52,535 nt of DNA from Patescibacteria group bacterium (GCA_020148145.1 JAHCRE010000019.1:1-52535), one strand, 5' to 3'; numbered from the stretch's first letter, positions 15,861 through 24,770 are shown. The notes: a model not told the origin generated them from the sequence alone. A program made the numbers and translations.

Positions 15861-16376
15861 ATGTCTCTTTTAGAAATTATTAAAAATCGGCGAAGCATTT
15901 ATAGGTTTCAGAAAAAACAAATTCCAGAGAAAATCATTAATAAACTGATTGAGGCCTTGATTTGGGCTCCCAGTGCAGGCAATCTTCAATCGAGAAAATT
16001 CTATTTTGTTTTCAATCAAAAAATAAAAGAAAGGTTAGTTGAAGCTGCTTTAAGTCAAAGCTTTATTGCCGAAGCTCCTTTAGTTGTTGTTGGTTGTACT
16101 AACGATGAAATTAGCCAGTGGTATAGAGAGAGAGGAAAAAATCTCTACGCAATCTGTAACACATCTGTTAGCATCCAAAATATGATGTTACTTGCTTACG
16201 AACAAGGGCTAGGAAGTGTTTGGATTGGCGCTTTCAGTGAAAAAGAGGTGGCCAAAATTTTAAATTTACCAGAAAATTTACATCCCATTGTCATTGTCCC
16301 TGTTGGCTATCCGGCTGAAAAACCTAAGGCCCCACCAAGGGTTTCAAAAGAAGAAGCTGTCAAATTTATAAAATAA
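15861..16376 (+). CDS. Nitroreductase family protein
   Basis: Starts MSLLEIIKNRRSIYRF, with WAPSAGNLQ and VWIGAF motifs. The ORF-track N-terminal extension (15753) overlaps the activase gene and is probably not translated. Confidence 0.8.
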   Translation: MSLLEIIKNRRSIYRFQKKQIPEKIINKLIEALIWAPSAGNLQSRKFYFVFNQKIKERLVEAALSQSFIAEAPLVVVGCTNDEISQWYRERGKNLYAICNTSVSIQNMMLLAYEQGLGSVWIGAFSEKEVAKILNLPENLHPIVIVPVGYPAEKPKAPPRVSKEEAVKFIK

Positions 16377-16395
16377 TAAAATTATATAAAATATT

Positions 16396-16482
16396 GTAAA
16401 ATTTCCACGGGCTATAAGGTCCCGGGAAATTTTACACCTTATATTTTTTGGCGGTTGGACACCTTTTTTGAAAAAGGGGTCC
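16396..16482 (+). promoter_or_regulatory. Structured intergenic element, copy A (second copy at 46673-46755 on the minus strand)
   Basis: Hairpin 1 is GTAAAATTTCC-aCGGG..CCCG-GGAAATTTTAC (16396-16435). The linker ACCTTATATTTTTTGGCGG is identical in both copies. Hairpin 2 is GGACACC-T6GA5-GGGGTCC (16457-16482). The element ends 10 nt before the ATG at 16493. Confidence 0.6.
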
Positions 16483-16492
16483 AGAAGGATTT

Positions 16493-16855
16493 ATGATTGA
16501 AGAATATCATTTTGGTTCCATTACCATTAATGGTAAAACTTATAACCATGATGTTGAGGTTCGTTGGACTGGCGAGGTTTTGAAATGGTGGAGAAAAGAA
16601 AGTCATTTAATTGAGATTGAAGATTTAAAAAGGGCAATTGAACAAAAGCCTGAAGTAATTATTATTGGAACAGGTGAATCAGGGCTAGCTAAAGTCACTG
16701 AAGAAACCAAAAATTTCTTAAAGGAAAAGGGGATTGAGTTAATAATCGATGTAACTGAGCAGGCAACTAAAACCTTTAATATAATAAATGAAGAATCAAT
16801 TAAAGAGGAAGGGGGGCAGAAAAAAGTGATTGGCCTTTTTCATTTGACTTGTTAG
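16493..16855 (+). CDS. Mth938-like (DUF498) domain protein
   Basis: FGSITINGKTYNHDVEV, VIIIGTGESG, C-terminal LFHLTC. Confidence 0.65.
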   Translation: MIEEYHFGSITINGKTYNHDVEVRWTGEVLKWWRKESHLIEIEDLKRAIEQKPEVIIIGTGESGLAKVTEETKNFLKEKGIELIIDVTEQATKTFNIINEESIKEEGGQKKVIGLFHLTC

Positions 16856-16858
16856 ATT

Positions 16859-17410
16859 ATGGATTTAAAAAAAGAAAAAGAATTAATTAAGAAGGCAAAA
16901 AGAGATCCTGAAGTTTTTGGAAGGCTTTATGATGAACATTACCCAAAAATTTTTGGTTATATTCTAAAAAGAGTGGCTAATCTTGAGATTGCTCAGGATA
17001 TTACTTCAGAGACTTTTTTTAAGGCCTTAAAAAATCTTTGGAGATTTCGCTGGCGAAATATTTCTTTATCCTCCTGGCTTTATCGTATTGCCTCAAACGA
17101 AATAGCAAATTTCTTTAGAAAAAATAAAAATAGAGTAATTCCTCTAGAGAAAACTTCAGAGCCAATTTCTACTCATAATCCTTTAATAGAAATTATCGAA
17201 GCTCAAGAAAAGTTAAAAAGGCATAAAGATTTTTTGGCTTTACAGGAAAAAATCTCTCAACTTCCTCTTAAATATCAAGAGGTGATTTGTCTAAAATTCT
17301 TTGAGAAAAAGAAAATTAAAGAAATTGCTGAAATCTTAGGAAGAAAAGAAGGGACAATAAAATCTTTACTTCATCGAGGATTAAAAAAATTAAGAGAGCT
17401 TTGCCACTAA
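16859..17410 (+). CDS. ECF-type RNA polymerase sigma factor (sigma-70 family, regions 2 and 4)
   Basis: FGRLYDEHYPKIFGYILKRV..AQDITSETFFKAL (region 2) and IAEILGRKEGTIKSLLHRGLKKLR (region 4 HTH). Confidence 0.85.
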   Translation: MDLKKEKELIKKAKRDPEVFGRLYDEHYPKIFGYILKRVANLEIAQDITSETFFKALKNLWRFRWRNISLSSWLYRIASNEIANFFRKNKNRVIPLEKTSEPISTHNPLIEIIEAQEKLKRHKDFLALQEKISQLPLKYQEVICLKFFEKKKIKEIAEILGRKEGTIKSLLHRGLKKLRELCH

Positions 17411-17438
17411 TTAATAATTAAAACGTTATATTTAAAAA

Positions 17439-18239
17439 ATGGAGAAAGGAGATTTAATTAAAAAATTGGAAGAAACTTCTCTCCCTGAGATTGAGATTCC
17501 CAGTCATAAAAAAAAGCTTAAGGAAGTTTTACTTAATAAATATTTTCGAGAAAAAAGAAGCTGGGAGATTTTTAATATTCTTAGGAAAGTCGTTCCAGTA
17601 GGAGCTGTAGCGATTATTTTAATTGTCCTGATTTTAAATAATCTAATTTCCCCAAAATACACTTTAGCTCAGGCTAAAGAAATTGCCATGAGAGATCCTC
17701 AAATTAAGGAACTGATAGAAAGAGGAGCTATTGTAAGAGATGTAAAAATACTAAACAATAAAGGCTATGTTTTGATTCAGCCATCAGCGAGAGCGGAGAT
17801 GGGGGCGGAGATAGAAATTGAAGAAATAAAAACAGATTTGAAGATTGGAGAAGAATTTTTAGGAGCTTTAGCTGAAGTAGATCTTAAAGAAAAAAGAGTA
17901 TCCAGGATTGAAAAAGTAACTCCCCAATTTTTTCCTTTAGCCGAGGGAGAGGAAGAAAAAGTTAAAGAGATTGCTAAAGATAATCCTGAAATTCAGACAA
18001 TTGTTCCAAAAGAGGCTGAAATTAAGGAGATAATACCAGTGCCTTACTTCCAGTTGAAATTGATCAAAGAAGAAAATTCAATAAAAGTTGTTCCAGAGCA
18101 AAGAGAAGAAAAGAGGGCTCGAATAATTTATGAATTTGATAAAAATCAATGGGAAGGAGAGATAGATTTGATTGAAGAAAAGGTTAAAGAAGTAAAATTT
18201 TTGGGTGAAACCGAAAATAATGCAACCTTTCAAGAGTAA
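17439..18239 (+). CDS. Single-pass membrane protein, candidate anti-sigma factor
   Basis: Sits immediately downstream of the ECF sigma gene. One TM helix (VVPVGAVAIILIVLILNNLI) separates a short cytoplasmic N-terminus from an acidic external domain. There is no zinc-binding anti-sigma motif. Confidence 0.35.
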   Translation: MEKGDLIKKLEETSLPEIEIPSHKKKLKEVLLNKYFREKRSWEIFNILRKVVPVGAVAIILIVLILNNLISPKYTLAQAKEIAMRDPQIKELIERGAIVRDVKILNNKGYVLIQPSARAEMGAEIEIEEIKTDLKIGEEFLGALAEVDLKEKRVSRIEKVTPQFFPLAEGEEEKVKEIAKDNPEIQTIVPKEAEIKEIIPVPYFQLKLIKEENSIKVVPEQREEKRARIIYEFDKNQWEGEIDLIEEKVKEVKFLGETENNATFQE

Positions 18240-18290
18240 GGGCGTTTTGGATAGAAAGGTCGATTGAAAACTAAGTCATTAAAGTGGCTT

Positions 18291-19193
18291 ATGAAGAAAA
18301 AAGCTATTTTTATCAGTTTTATAGGAATCATTTTTTTACTCAGTGGAATTGGTGGAGATATTGCCAATGCCCGGGAAATTCCTTGGGCTCGAGGAATGAG
18401 AAGCGCAGAGGTAAAAGCACTCCAGAGCATCTTAAAGGCAGATACTGAGATTTATCCAGAAGGTTATGTGACAGGCTATTTTGGTCCTCTAACTGAAAAA
18501 GCAATTAAAAGACTTCAGAAAAGATGTGGAATTTCAGAAACTGGTGTAGTTGATCCTGAAACAGAAAGATGTATTTTCCCAATAGAATATAAAATCAGGG
18601 TTATCTCTCCGAATGGAGGAGAGGTCTGGGATCGAAACGAGATTCAGACTGTGAAATGGGAGGTTATAGCGCCATCCGGAGAAGAAGAGGTAATACCAGA
18701 GATAAAACCGTATCTATTTTGGCCAAAGGCCTCAATTGATCTGTTTAGAAGAGTAATAATAACGCCAGAATGTGAACCTGGCGAAGTCTGCCCGGCAGCA
18801 GTAAAGTCAGTTTTTGTAAAACATGTAGCTACAGTTAATTTATTTAATAGAGCTTATTCGTGGAGAATTACAAAAGACATCCCAGATGGCAAAGATTATG
18901 TAATCAGAATTTCTGTTGGAAGAGGAATTATTCCATTTACATTGGAAGAAAAAGTTATTATCGAACCTGAAGAAATCTGGCCAGTTCCGCCAAGGCCAGT
19001 GCCACCAGAGCGTCTTTATTGGGATGAAAGTGATGGACCATTTGAAATTACCGGAGATATTATCCACCCCTGTCCGGAACCTATCTGCCCTCTCTGTCCC
19101 GGTCTTCCGGTGGAAGAAGTGATAAGAGCTTTAGAAAGGATTACAAATGAACTTCAGAGGGTAATTGCTTTGTTAAAAGAAATGAGCCGTTAA
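18291..19193 (+). CDS. Secreted peptidoglycan-binding (PG_binding_1) domain protein
   Basis: Signal or anchor sequence AIFISFIGIIFLLSGIGG. GMRSAEVKALQSILKAD..GYFGPLTEKAIKRLQ. Pro/Cys-rich C-terminus. I prefer ATG 18291 to the TTG at 18264. Confidence 0.65.
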   Translation: MKKKAIFISFIGIIFLLSGIGGDIANAREIPWARGMRSAEVKALQSILKADTEIYPEGYVTGYFGPLTEKAIKRLQKRCGISETGVVDPETERCIFPIEYKIRVISPNGGEVWDRNEIQTVKWEVIAPSGEEEVIPEIKPYLFWPKASIDLFRRVIITPECEPGEVCPAAVKSVFVKHVATVNLFNRAYSWRITKDIPDGKDYVIRISVGRGIIPFTLEEKVIIEPEEIWPVPPRPVPPERLYWDESDGPFEITGDIIHPCPEPICPLCPGLPVEEVIRALERITNELQRVIALLKEMSR

Positions 19194-19207
19194 TCTGAAA
19201 GAATAAC

Positions 19208-19240
19208 AGCCCACCCCTTTTGGGGTGGGCTGGAAAGTTT
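19208..19240 (+). terminator. Rho-independent terminator
   Basis: 10-bp stem AGCCCACCCC-TTTT-GGGGTGGGCT (19208-19231) with T-rich sequence downstream. Confidence 0.7.
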
Positions 19241-19283
19241 TTCTTTAGCCATTTATAATTAAATAATAATTAAATTTAAAAAT

Positions 19284-20720
19284 ATGAAAAAGCAACGTTT
19301 TTATTTTTTAATAATTTGTTTAATTTTAATTTTCCCAATTTTTATTTTTGCTGATGGTGGGATGATAATTTGGCCGCCTGAAATTCATTTAGACCAGTCA
19401 GCCCAAAATGCCATAGTTGCCTGGAATGGAAAAGAAGAAATAATAATTCTTTCAAACGATATAAAAAGCGATAGCCAGGCTACTGCTTTAAGAATCGTTC
19501 CCTTACCTTCTAATCCTTCTGAAATTAAAGAAGGGGGTTTTGATTCTTTTGAGAAATTAGTGGAGATAATGAATGAGAAAATAGAAGAGGTAAGAAATCA
19601 ATGGATGCTAGCGGGTAAAGATTTAGAAAAAGCCCCGGCTGCTGGAGTAGAAATTACCTTTCATGAAAAAATCGGAGCCCATGATATAACCGTAGTCAAA
19701 GTAAATGACTTAGATTACTTTTTAAATTGGATTAAAGATTTTGCGACTGAAAAAGGACTAGAGATAAAAGAGATTTCTTCAGAATTCAAAGAAGGAGTCA
19801 AGAGTTATCTAAAGAGAGATATAAAATACTTTGTCTTTGATGTAATTGATACCAAGGAAGAAGAAAGTATCAAGCCCTTAATTTATCAATTTGAATCTAA
19901 TTTTTTGTATTATCCGATTTTAATCTCTGGAATTTCTGAAATTTCTGAAAGTAGGGCAAAAATAAGAGTATTTTTAATCACAGAGGGGAACCTTCCAAAA
20001 GAAATTTCAGGAGTAAATATTCCAATTTTCTATTGGCAAGGTCATTTTGATTATCCGGTAGAATTAACAAATGAAGAGTTAATGGAAATTAGTGAAGACA
20101 TTGGGAGCCTATTTGAATCAAGTGTAAGGGTAAGAACTTTTGATTATTTTGGTCCTTTAAAAAAGTTTGATAAAGATTTAATATTTTATCCTAAAATCTG
20201 GCAAAAGCACTTAGGGATAGGGAGTTATGGTGACGATGTAAAAATTTTACAACAAATTTTAATAAACGAAGGGTATTGGGATTCTGAGGCTGGGGCAACA
20301 GGTTATTTTGGTGAAATTACTAAAAATTCTTTAATTAAATTCCAAGAATATTTTAAAGAAGATATTTTAAAGCCCCTTGATTTAGAGAAAGGAACAGGAT
20401 ATTTCGGTCCAAAAACTAAAGAATTCTTAGAAAAAGGTTTCGCTTTAATTTCTGAAATTAAAACCTGGAGTCGTAATCTAAAAATAGGAATGATGGGAGA
20501 TGATATAAAAACTTTACAAGAAATATTAATTAAAGAAGGGGTGTGGGGAAGGCCAGATATTAAAACCACAGGTTATTTTGGCCAAATTACAAGGGAAGCG
20601 GTAATTTTGTTTCAAGAAAAATATTCCAAAGAAATTCTTGAACCTCTTGGATTAGAAAGAGGAACAGGTTTTATTGGCCCTTCTACTAGGACTTATTTGG
20701 AAAAATTTAGTAAAGAATAG
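19284..20720 (+). CDS. Secreted protein with two C-terminal peptidoglycan-binding repeats
   Basis: Signal peptide FYFLIICLILIFPIFIFA. Tandem repeats GSYGDDVKILQQILINEGYW..GYFGEITKNSLIKFQ and GMMGDDIKTLQEILIKEGVW..GYFGQITREAVILFQ. Confidence 0.6.
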   Translation: MKKQRFYFLIICLILIFPIFIFADGGMIIWPPEIHLDQSAQNAIVAWNGKEEIIILSNDIKSDSQATALRIVPLPSNPSEIKEGGFDSFEKLVEIMNEKIEEVRNQWMLAGKDLEKAPAAGVEITFHEKIGAHDITVVKVNDLDYFLNWIKDFATEKGLEIKEISSEFKEGVKSYLKRDIKYFVFDVIDTKEEESIKPLIYQFESNFLYYPILISGISEISESRAKIRVFLITEGNLPKEISGVNIPIFYWQGHFDYPVELTNEELMEISEDIGSLFESSVRVRTFDYFGPLKKFDKDLIFYPKIWQKHLGIGSYGDDVKILQQILINEGYWDSEAGATGYFGEITKNSLIKFQEYFKEDILKPLDLEKGTGYFGPKTKEFLEKGFALISEIKTWSRNLKIGMMGDDIKTLQEILIKEGVWGRPDIKTTGYFGQITREAVILFQEKYSKEILEPLGLERGTGFIGPSTRTYLEKFSKE

Positions 20721-20893
20721 GTTTTGGACTTGACTTGTTAAGAAATTTTTGTTAAGCTGAGTTTAGATCGATAAGTCGAAGTATCTTAAGTTAAGTCTTC
20801 ATAATTTTTTAAAATAGTGAGGGCCAAAATTAAGTAGGGCGACTTAAAAATCGGAAAGGTCGCTTTTTATTTAAAATTTAATAGAAATCTAGT

Positions 20894-21064
20894 ATGGCCT
20901 TCGAAAAATTTGAGAAGAAGTTCGAGCGCAAAATGTTTAAAGGAGATTGGACTTGTGCTGATTGTGGAGCAAAGATAACTGAATTACCCTTTCAACCAGA
21001 TTCTGATAGACCAATCTATTGTCGAGAATGTCACCGAAAAAAAAGAGCTCGATTCCAACGCTAA
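20894..21064 (+). CDS. Small zinc-ribbon protein (CxxC-x18-CxxC, 56 aa), absent from the ORF track
   Basis: MAFEKFEKKFERKMFKGDWTCADCGAKITELPFQPDSDRPIYCRECHRKKRARFQR. A strong terminator at 21071-21095 follows directly. It resembles the CxxC-x17-CxxC small-protein family. Confidence 0.65.
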   Translation: MAFEKFEKKFERKMFKGDWTCADCGAKITELPFQPDSDRPIYCRECHRKKRARFQR

Positions 21065-21070
21065 ACAAAA

Positions 21071-21095
21071 AGCCCGCTCAAAAGCGGGCTTTTTG
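21071..21095 (+). terminator. Rho-independent terminator
   Basis: AGCCCGC-TCAAAA-GCGGGCT followed by TTTT. Confidence 0.75.
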
Positions 21096-21102
21096 TTATA
21101 AT
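21094..21102 (+). promoter_or_regulatory. Extended -10 promoter element (TGtTATAAT), leaderless layout
   Basis: TATAAT at 21097-21102 ends 6 nt before the ATG at 21109. Confidence 0.5.
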
Positions 21103-21108
21103 GAAACA

Positions 21109-22047
21109 ATGTATCCCAGCTATTTAAGCCTTTCGAGAAAAGAACTTAATAAAAGAATCGAAAAGCTTTTTAAGATTTTAGAAAGATGCGAAATTTGTCC
21201 CAGAAAATGCCGAATTAATAGATTAAAAGAAAAAAAAGGTTTTTGCCAATTGGGACGCGAACCTGTGGTTTCAGCTCACCATCCCCATTTTGGTGAAGAA
21301 AGTCCCTTAGTTGGTCGCTTTGGTCCAGCCTCGCCCGACTCGCTGGCGAGGCGAGGCGGGTCAGGAACAATATTTTTTACTTCTTGTAATTTGGCTTGCG
21401 TTTATTGTCAAAATTATGGAATATCTCAATTAAGGATCGGGGATGAAACCTCTTTTGAAAAACTGTCTCAGATGATGATTGATCTCCAAAAATTAGGTTG
21501 TCATAATATTAATTTGGTTACCCCCACCCCTCAGGTTCCCCAGATTATAAAATCACTTTCTATTGCCATTGAGAAGGGATTAAAATTGCCCTTAGTTTAT
21601 AACACCAGTTCTTATGACTCAATCGAGGTTTTAAAATTATTAGATAAAATTGTTGATATTTACATGCCGGATGCCAGATATTCTGATAATGAAATTGCTT
21701 TGAAATATTCCAATGCAAAAAATTATTTTGAAATAATGAAAGGGGCAATTAAGGAAATGCATCGCCAGGTTGGTGATTTAGTTTTGGATAAAAATGGAAT
21801 CGCTGTTCGCGGTCTTTTAGTTAGGCATTTAGTCTTGCCTAATGATTTGGCCGGTTCTGAAAAAATTTTTAAATTTTTAGCCAAAGAAATTTCCCCTAAT
21901 ACTTTTTTAAATATTATGGGCCAATATTATCCTTGCTATAGGGCTTTTGAATTTCCTGAACTTTCCCGGAGAATTACATATGAAGAGTATCAGGAAGCAA
22001 TTAAATTAGCTAAAAAAGCCAATTTAAAACGGCTTTACCGTGAATAA
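21109..22047 (+). CDS. Radical SAM protein, PflX-like (pyruvate formate-lyase activase homologue, COG1313-type)
   Basis: CEICPRKCRINRLKEKKGFCQLG N-terminal Cys motif and the CNLACVYCQN cluster. The start is moved to ATG 21109 because the upstream part of the ORF-track ORF overlaps the zinc-ribbon gene and its terminator. Confidence 0.7.
   Translation: MYPSYLSLSRKELNKRIEKLFKILERCEICPRKCRINRLKEKKGFCQLGREPVVSAHHPHFGEESPLVGRFGPASPDSLARRGGSGTIFFTSCNLACVYCQNYGISQLRIGDETSFEKLSQMMIDLQKLGCHNINLVTPTPQVPQIIKSLSIAIEKGLKLPLVYNTSSYDSIEVLKLLDKIVDIYMPDARYSDNEIALKYSNAKNYFEIMKGAIKEMHRQVGDLVLDKNGIAVRGLLVRHLVLPNDLAGSEKIFKFLAKEISPNTFLNIMGQYYPCYRAFEFPELSRRITYEEYQEAIKLAKKANLKRLYRE
21324..21364. repeat. GC-rich hairpin element in frame inside the radical SAM gene
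   Basis: CCAGCCTCGCCCGACTCGCTGGCGAGGCGAGGCGGGTCAGG. Stem GCCTCGCC/GGCGAGGC (21328-21335 with 21345-21352). It encodes GPASPDSLARRGG between the conserved HFGEESPL and GSGTIFF. Confidence 0.6.
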
Positions 22048-22053
22048 TTTAAA

Positions 22054-23094
22054 ATGAAAAATCCAAGAATTAAAAACCTGTTTTCTCTTTTTTTACTGCT
22101 TGGATTATCATTTTTAGTTCTTTTATTTTCTATTTATATTTCCAAAATTAATGCCGAGATTAGCTCTCTTTATCTCGGGGCAATCGTTAGTCAGTCGTTA
22201 ATTCAAAAAAGGCAACCCTCATCAGGGGCAATAACTCTAATTTTTGTTGGCGATATTATGTTAGACCGGGGAATAGAGTATATGGTTAAAAATCATGGTG
22301 ATGGTAATTACGAATTTCCATTTTTAAAAATCGCTGATTTTTTAAAAAAAGCTGATATTTTATTTGGTAATTTAGAGGGGCCAATTTCCAATAAAGGGAA
22401 AAAAGTTGGAAGTATTTATTCGTTTCGAGCTGATCCTAAGGCGGTTGAGGGTTTAACCTATGCTGGTTTCGATATTTTATCAGTGGCCAATAATCATATT
22501 TTCGATTATGGAAAAGTGGCAATGGAGGATACTTTTTTAAATTTGAAAAAGGCCGGGATTGAATATGTAGGAGGGGGATTTACTGAAACTGAAGCTCATT
22601 CTCCAATAATTAAGGAGGTAGATAAAACAAAAATTGCCTTTTTAGCCTACACTAATTTGGGTTCGAAATATTGGGAGGCAAAAGGAAACAATTCGGGTAT
22701 TGCCTGGTTAAATAAAGAAAAGATGGAAAAAGATATTAAAATAGCGAAAAATCAGGCAGACATAGTAGTAGTTTCAATACATACAGGTAGAGAATACCAA
22801 GCTAAACCCAATCTTATTCAGAAATATTCCTCTCACCTATTTATTGATGCCGGAGCAGATTTAGTAATAGGCCATCACCCCCATGTTATTCAGGAAATTG
22901 AAAAATATAAAAACAACTATATTGCCTATTCTCTGGGCAACTTTGTTTTTGACCAAGGATTTTCTAAAGAAACTATGAAAGGACTTTTATTAAGAGTTAT
23001 TATCAAAGATAATAAAATAAAAACAGTTGACCCAATTGAAATTAAAATTAACAAATTCTTCCAGCCAGAGATTATAGAAGAACTGGAGGAATAA
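22054..23094 (+). CDS. CapA/PGA_cap family metallophosphatase-like protein
   Basis: N-terminal TM anchor. LIFVGDIMLDRG, GNLEGPIS, SVANNHIFDYG, IGHHPHVIQ. Confidence 0.75.
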   Translation: MKNPRIKNLFSLFLLLGLSFLVLLFSIYISKINAEISSLYLGAIVSQSLIQKRQPSSGAITLIFVGDIMLDRGIEYMVKNHGDGNYEFPFLKIADFLKKADILFGNLEGPISNKGKKVGSIYSFRADPKAVEGLTYAGFDILSVANNHIFDYGKVAMEDTFLNLKKAGIEYVGGGFTETEAHSPIIKEVDKTKIAFLAYTNLGSKYWEAKGNNSGIAWLNKEKMEKDIKIAKNQADIVVVSIHTGREYQAKPNLIQKYSSHLFIDAGADLVIGHHPHVIQEIEKYKNNYIAYSLGNFVFDQGFSKETMKGLLLRVIIKDNKIKTVDPIEIKINKFFQPEIIEELEE

Positions 23095-23172
23095 AAAACT
23101 TTGCCAAGAGGCAAGGTTAAAAATCGAGAAGCTAATTGGGGGGAAATTTATGTGGGTGGTGATGTTAAAAAT

Positions 23173-24222
23173 TTAAACTTCTGGACTCCAACTAATTAAA
23201 TTTCCTTTTATCTCAAACTTTCCATCTATAAATTTTTCGATTGCCCAGATGTTAGTTTTGCAGTGATTAGTAACTTCTGAAACTGTAAATTTACTCTCTT
23301 TGGGAACCAGGGCCACATAAGGTAAAATTTGGTCAGCCAAATGTTTATCTAAGCAGGCCTGGGTTTTTTGTTCTCTTAATAATTCTAGGGCTGCTTCTTT
23401 TCCGACATTTTCAGCTCTCTTTCCTAATTTTCCTAAATTATCTACTCCAATCACTGTATTCTCAAATTGACAAATTAGACAAATTTGGCTTCCCGGGCAT
23501 TGAGTTTCATGATATTTAACTTTTTCTTCAATTGGTAATTTTAATTTTCCTAAGATTTCTCTAACTCCAAAAATTTGCCTTTCAGCAACTTTTTTATTTT
23601 TCAAAAATTCTGAGGCTCCAGAAATAACTAAAATTTTTTGAAGTTCTCCTCTTTCTAAAAGATTGAGGTTTTTTATTTTTGAGGGAAAAATTTTTACTTC
23701 AACTTTTGCCCCTCCTTCTGGATAATAACCTCTTTTCAAAACATTTATTTCAGTTTTAACCCCGATTTTTTCTAAAATTTTTAAAAAACAATATCTGAAA
23801 TGGTCAATAGTTGGAGAAAAGAAAGTATCAGTAGCGCCTCCATTAAAAACAATCTTCACTGGCCCTGGAGCAAAGAGGCTGGGTAAAATTAGAGTCTGTA
23901 AAACTAAAGTAATACTTCCGGCAGTTTTAATTCTAACATTGACTGAAATTTGTTTTTGGCTAATTTCGCCAGGATAAAATTTTATATCCTCACTTTCTAG
24001 TTTATCACCCTCTAATCTTCCATTACAAAGTTGAGCTAAGGCCTGAATTCCTAAAAGATGCTGGGGTCTTAAACCGGGCTTTGGTCTACTTTTACGAATA
24101 TTAAAAACATGACAGGATTTTTTAGTCACTACTGAAAGAGCAGTTGCTACTCTTAATATAGCCCCACCCCCTTCATATTTTGAACCATCTATCTCAATTA
24201 GATTTTGATTAAATTGAATCAT
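23173..24222 (-). CDS. rtcA: RNA 3'-terminal phosphate cyclase
   Basis: IEIDGSKYEGGGAILRVATALSVVT, RPKPGLRPQHL, DKHLADQILPY. Confidence 0.85.
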   Translation of the reverse strand: MIQFNQNLIEIDGSKYEGGGAILRVATALSVVTKKSCHVFNIRKSRPKPGLRPQHLLGIQALAQLCNGRLEGDKLESEDIKFYPGEISQKQISVNVRIKTAGSITLVLQTLILPSLFAPGPVKIVFNGGATDTFFSPTIDHFRYCFLKILEKIGVKTEINVLKRGYYPEGGAKVEVKIFPSKIKNLNLLERGELQKILVISGASEFLKNKKVAERQIFGVREILGKLKLPIEEKVKYHETQCPGSQICLICQFENTVIGVDNLGKLGKRAENVGKEAALELLREQKTQACLDKHLADQILPYVALVPKESKFTVSEVTNHCKTNIWAIEKFIDGKFEIKGNLISWSPEV

Positions 24223-24276
24223 TTTAATTCAAAAACTTGACAGCGTTTTTTTGAAAGACTAAGATAGGTTGTTAAC

Positions 24277-24744
24277 ATGACTAAAGAAAAAAAATTTTAT
24301 TTAACTAAAGAAGGTTTAGAAAAGATTAAAAAAGAACACAAAGAACTTAAAAGTCTTAGGTCTCTGAAAGTTAAAGGTGAATTTCCAAAAATTTTACATT
24401 CAGAAAATGTAAGCCCAGAATATCTTTCTTTACAGGAAGATTTAAGTTTTATAGAGAGGAGAATAGCTGAGCTGGAAAGTGTTCTCAAAAATAGTGAATT
24501 AATTAAATCACCTCCTAAAGAAAGGCAAGATGTTGTTAATTTAGGAGCAATGGTTTTGGTGCAAATTGATGACCAAATTGACGAATTCACAATTGTTGGG
24601 TCACTAGAAGCGAACCCCTCTTTGGGAAAAATCTCAAATGAATCACCGGTTGGAAAAGCACTTCTGGGGCATCGAGTTAGAGATGAAGTTATTATCCCCT
24701 CTCCAATAAAAATAACTTATAAAATTTTGAAGATAAAGTACTAG
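24277..24744 (+). CDS. greA: Transcription elongation factor GreA
   Basis: N-terminal coiled coil LTKEGLEKIKKEHKELKS and a C-terminal domain with ISNESPVGKALLGHRVRDEV. Confidence 0.8.
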   Translation: MTKEKKFYLTKEGLEKIKKEHKELKSLRSLKVKGEFPKILHSENVSPEYLSLQEDLSFIERRIAELESVLKNSELIKSPPKERQDVVNLGAMVLVQIDDQIDEFTIVGSLEANPSLGKISNESPVGKALLGHRVRDEVIIPSPIKITYKILKIKY

Positions 24745-24770
24745 TAATTAGTAAATTTATTTTTTTTATT

